In this document: positions 62,499 through 64,000 of the stretch, one piece after another
How positions within the stretch are numbered: position 1 is the first letter of the stretch
Layout: each line of letters opens with the position of its first letter
DNA from: an uncultured Acidobacteriota bacterium
Lineage (GTDB): Bacteria > Acidobacteriota > Thermoanaerobaculia > Multivoradales > UBA5704
DNA length: 64,000 bases
NCBI GenBank assembly: GCA_963700145.1
Contig: OY969474.1
Location: 2,624,001-2,688,000, forward strand
Direction: 5' to 3'
Notes under the pieces: model-generated
Told to the model about the DNA's origin: nothing
Seen by the model: the letters and a program-made list of their open reading frames with translations, nothing else
Databases searched by the model: none
Program-made: the position numbers and the translations under genes

Positions 62499-63998
62499 CT
62501 AGCCCGAGGTCTTCAACCAGCCGCGCAGCACCTCGGCCACGCTCCAGGCCTGGGCGACGCAGCCACGGGCGCGGTAGGGCTCCTCGGCGTCGAAGACTTC
62601 GGAGATCGACCCCAGGCAGACGTCCCCGAGGTGGGGCAGGAAGCCGGCGAGGAGAGCCTGCGCGCCCTCCCGGTCGGAGGGGTGGAGCTTGAGCCAGGCG
62701 TCGACGAAGGGGCCGATCAGCCAGGCCCACACCGTCCCCTGGTGGTAGGCGGCGTCGCGGGAGCGCAGGTCGCCGTCGTAGTAGCGCTGGTAGTCGGCGT
62801 GGTCGGGGGCGAGCGAGCGCAGCCCGACCGGCGTCAGCAGCTTCTGGCGCACCGTCTCCATCACCGGCGACCAGCGCTCGCGCGCCAGGATCGGGTGCGG
62901 CAGCGAGATGGCGAAGACCTGGTTGGGACGGCAGGCCGGGTCGTCGCCCTTCTCGCCGTCGACGACGTCGTAGAGGTAGCCGCCCGCCTCGTACCAGAAG
63001 CGGGCGTTGAAGCTGTGGTAGGCGCGCTCGGCGTGGCGGGAGAGGCGGCGCGCCGCCGCGATGCCGCGCCCCTCGCGCATCCAGCCTTCGAGCAGGCGCA
63101 GCGCGTTGTACCAGAGGGCGTTGATCTCGACCGCCTTCCCCCGCCGCGGCGTCACCACCCAGTCGCCGACCTTGGCGTCCATCCAGGTGAGCTGGTAGCC
63201 CTCCGCCCCCTGCCGCAGGAGGCCGTCCGCCGGATCGACGCAGATGCCGAAGCGGGTGCCGTTCAAGTGGCGCTCGACGATCTGGAGCAGCGCCGGCAGC
63301 AGCACCTCGAGGGTGGCGTGGTCGTCGCTCGCCGCGACGTAGCGGTCGAGGGCGTGGAAATACCAGAGGGTGGCGTCGGCGGTGTGGTAGAGGCCCTCGC
63401 GCTCGCCGTCGGGGAAGAAGTTGGGGATCAACCCGTCGCGCACGTGCGCGGCGAAGGTGCGCAGGACGTAGCGCGCCTCCTCCAGCCGGCCGGTGGAGGC
63501 GGTCAGCCCTTCGAGGCTGATCATCGTGTCGCGCCCCCAGTCGGTGAACCAGTGGTAGCCGGCGATGACCGTGCGCGGCTCCTCGCCGGCGGCGTGGGCG
63601 CGCACGGCGTCGCCCTGGCGCTGAGGCGCGATCAGAAACTGGTCGGCGGCGAGCACCAGCTCGGCGGGCGGGCCGCTGCGGGCGAGCGGGTGGGCGGCGG
63701 CGAGCAGGCGCACCCGCCGCTCCTGGTCGAGCTCGAGCGCCTCGCGCGGCGGCAGCGACAGCGCCTCCTCCCACGAGGCGGTCGAGGCCACCAGCGCCGC
63801 CTCCTCCCCGACCGCCAGGTCGACCGCGAAGCTGCCCGGGCTCCAGGCGTCGCCGACCGCGTCGTAGCCGCGCGCCGCCTCGACCCGGTAGTGGAGCCCG
63901 GCGATCTCGCGCGGCCCGTCGGTGAAGACCGCCGCGCCGCCGAGGACGGCCAGGCGCAGCGCGGGGCGGCCGCGCCGGTCGACGAGCGCCGGGTCGGC
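62499..63998 (-). CDS. Amylo-alpha-1,6-glucosidase / glycogen debranching family (5' end beyond window)
   Basis: IAGYHWFTDWGRDTMISLEG, QLTWMDA, AVEINALWYN, YHQGTVWAWL, SEVFD, QAWSVAE; frame stays open to the window edge. Confidence 0.93.
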   Translation of the reverse strand, partial: ADPALVDRRGRPALRLAVLGGAAVFTDGPREIAGLHYRVEAARGYDAVGDAWSPGSFAVDLAVGEEAALVASTASWEEALSLPPREALELDQERRVRLLAAAHPLARSGPPAELVLAADQFLIAPQRQGDAVRAHAAGEEPRTVIAGYHWFTDWGRDTMISLEGLTASTGRLEEARYVLRTFAAHVRDGLIPNFFPDGEREGLYHTADATLWYFHALDRYVAASDDHATLEVLLPALLQIVERHLNGTRFGICVDPADGLLRQGAEGYQLTWMDAKVGDWVVTPRRGKAVEINALWYNALRLLEGWMREGRGIAAARRLSRHAERAYHSFNARFWYEAGGYLYDVVDGEKGDDPACRPNQVFAISLPHPILARERWSPVMETVRQKLLTPVGLRSLAPDHADYQRYYDGDLRSRDAAYHQGTVWAWLIGPFVDAWLKLHPSDREGAQALLAGFLPHLGDVCLGSISEVFDAEEPYRARGCVAQAWSVAEVLRGWLKTSG

Positions 63999-64000
63999 GG

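Noticed and set aside
1-64000. tRNA, rRNA, IS transposase, prophage or reverse transcriptase genes
   Set aside because: No cloverleaf or T-loop motifs, rRNA-like tracts, or DDE/HUH/tyrosine-recombinase/YxDD-type ORFs were recognisable by eye; a tRNAscan/HMM run would be needed to exclude them formally.

Overview
Very GC-rich bacterial chromosomal segment; my inference is Acidobacteriota, probably class Thermoanaerobaculia, based on the S8 protease C-terminal module. It holds about 70 tightly packed genes, mostly housekeeping: an ECF sigma/anti-sigma pair, tdk, IscA/YgfZ, a split AtuA cluster, a LytS/LytTR module, a fused aconitase-family dehydratase, a sulfate ABC operon with porin and two-component system, fabI, a lysine/DAP operon (M20-asd-lysC-dapB-dapA-dapD), htpG, uppS and SufE/SseA. 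Small lower-GC accessory islands lie at about 11.1-12.2, 14.2-15.0, 35.4-38.8 and 47.3-47.9 kb. I saw no rRNA, tRNA, CRISPR, transposase or integrase. The most unusual signal is three ~400-440 bp intergenic arrays (10630-11049, 36831-37271, ~47945-48340). They are unrelated in sequence but share one architecture: degenerate 21-bp tandem units that flip orientation midway, so each can fold into a long hairpin. Each abuts a toxin-antitoxin or cassette-like island, and one sits between attC-like sites. Other signals: integron-like cassettes with no integrase in the window, GTAG-type REPs supplying stop codons to four genes, a second REP family inside the dap operon, apparent CTG starts (two with CTGA stop/start overlaps), frequent TANNNT -10 boxes implying leaderless mRNAs, and several apparent pseudoenzymes. 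All calls come from reading motifs by eye; no database searches were run.
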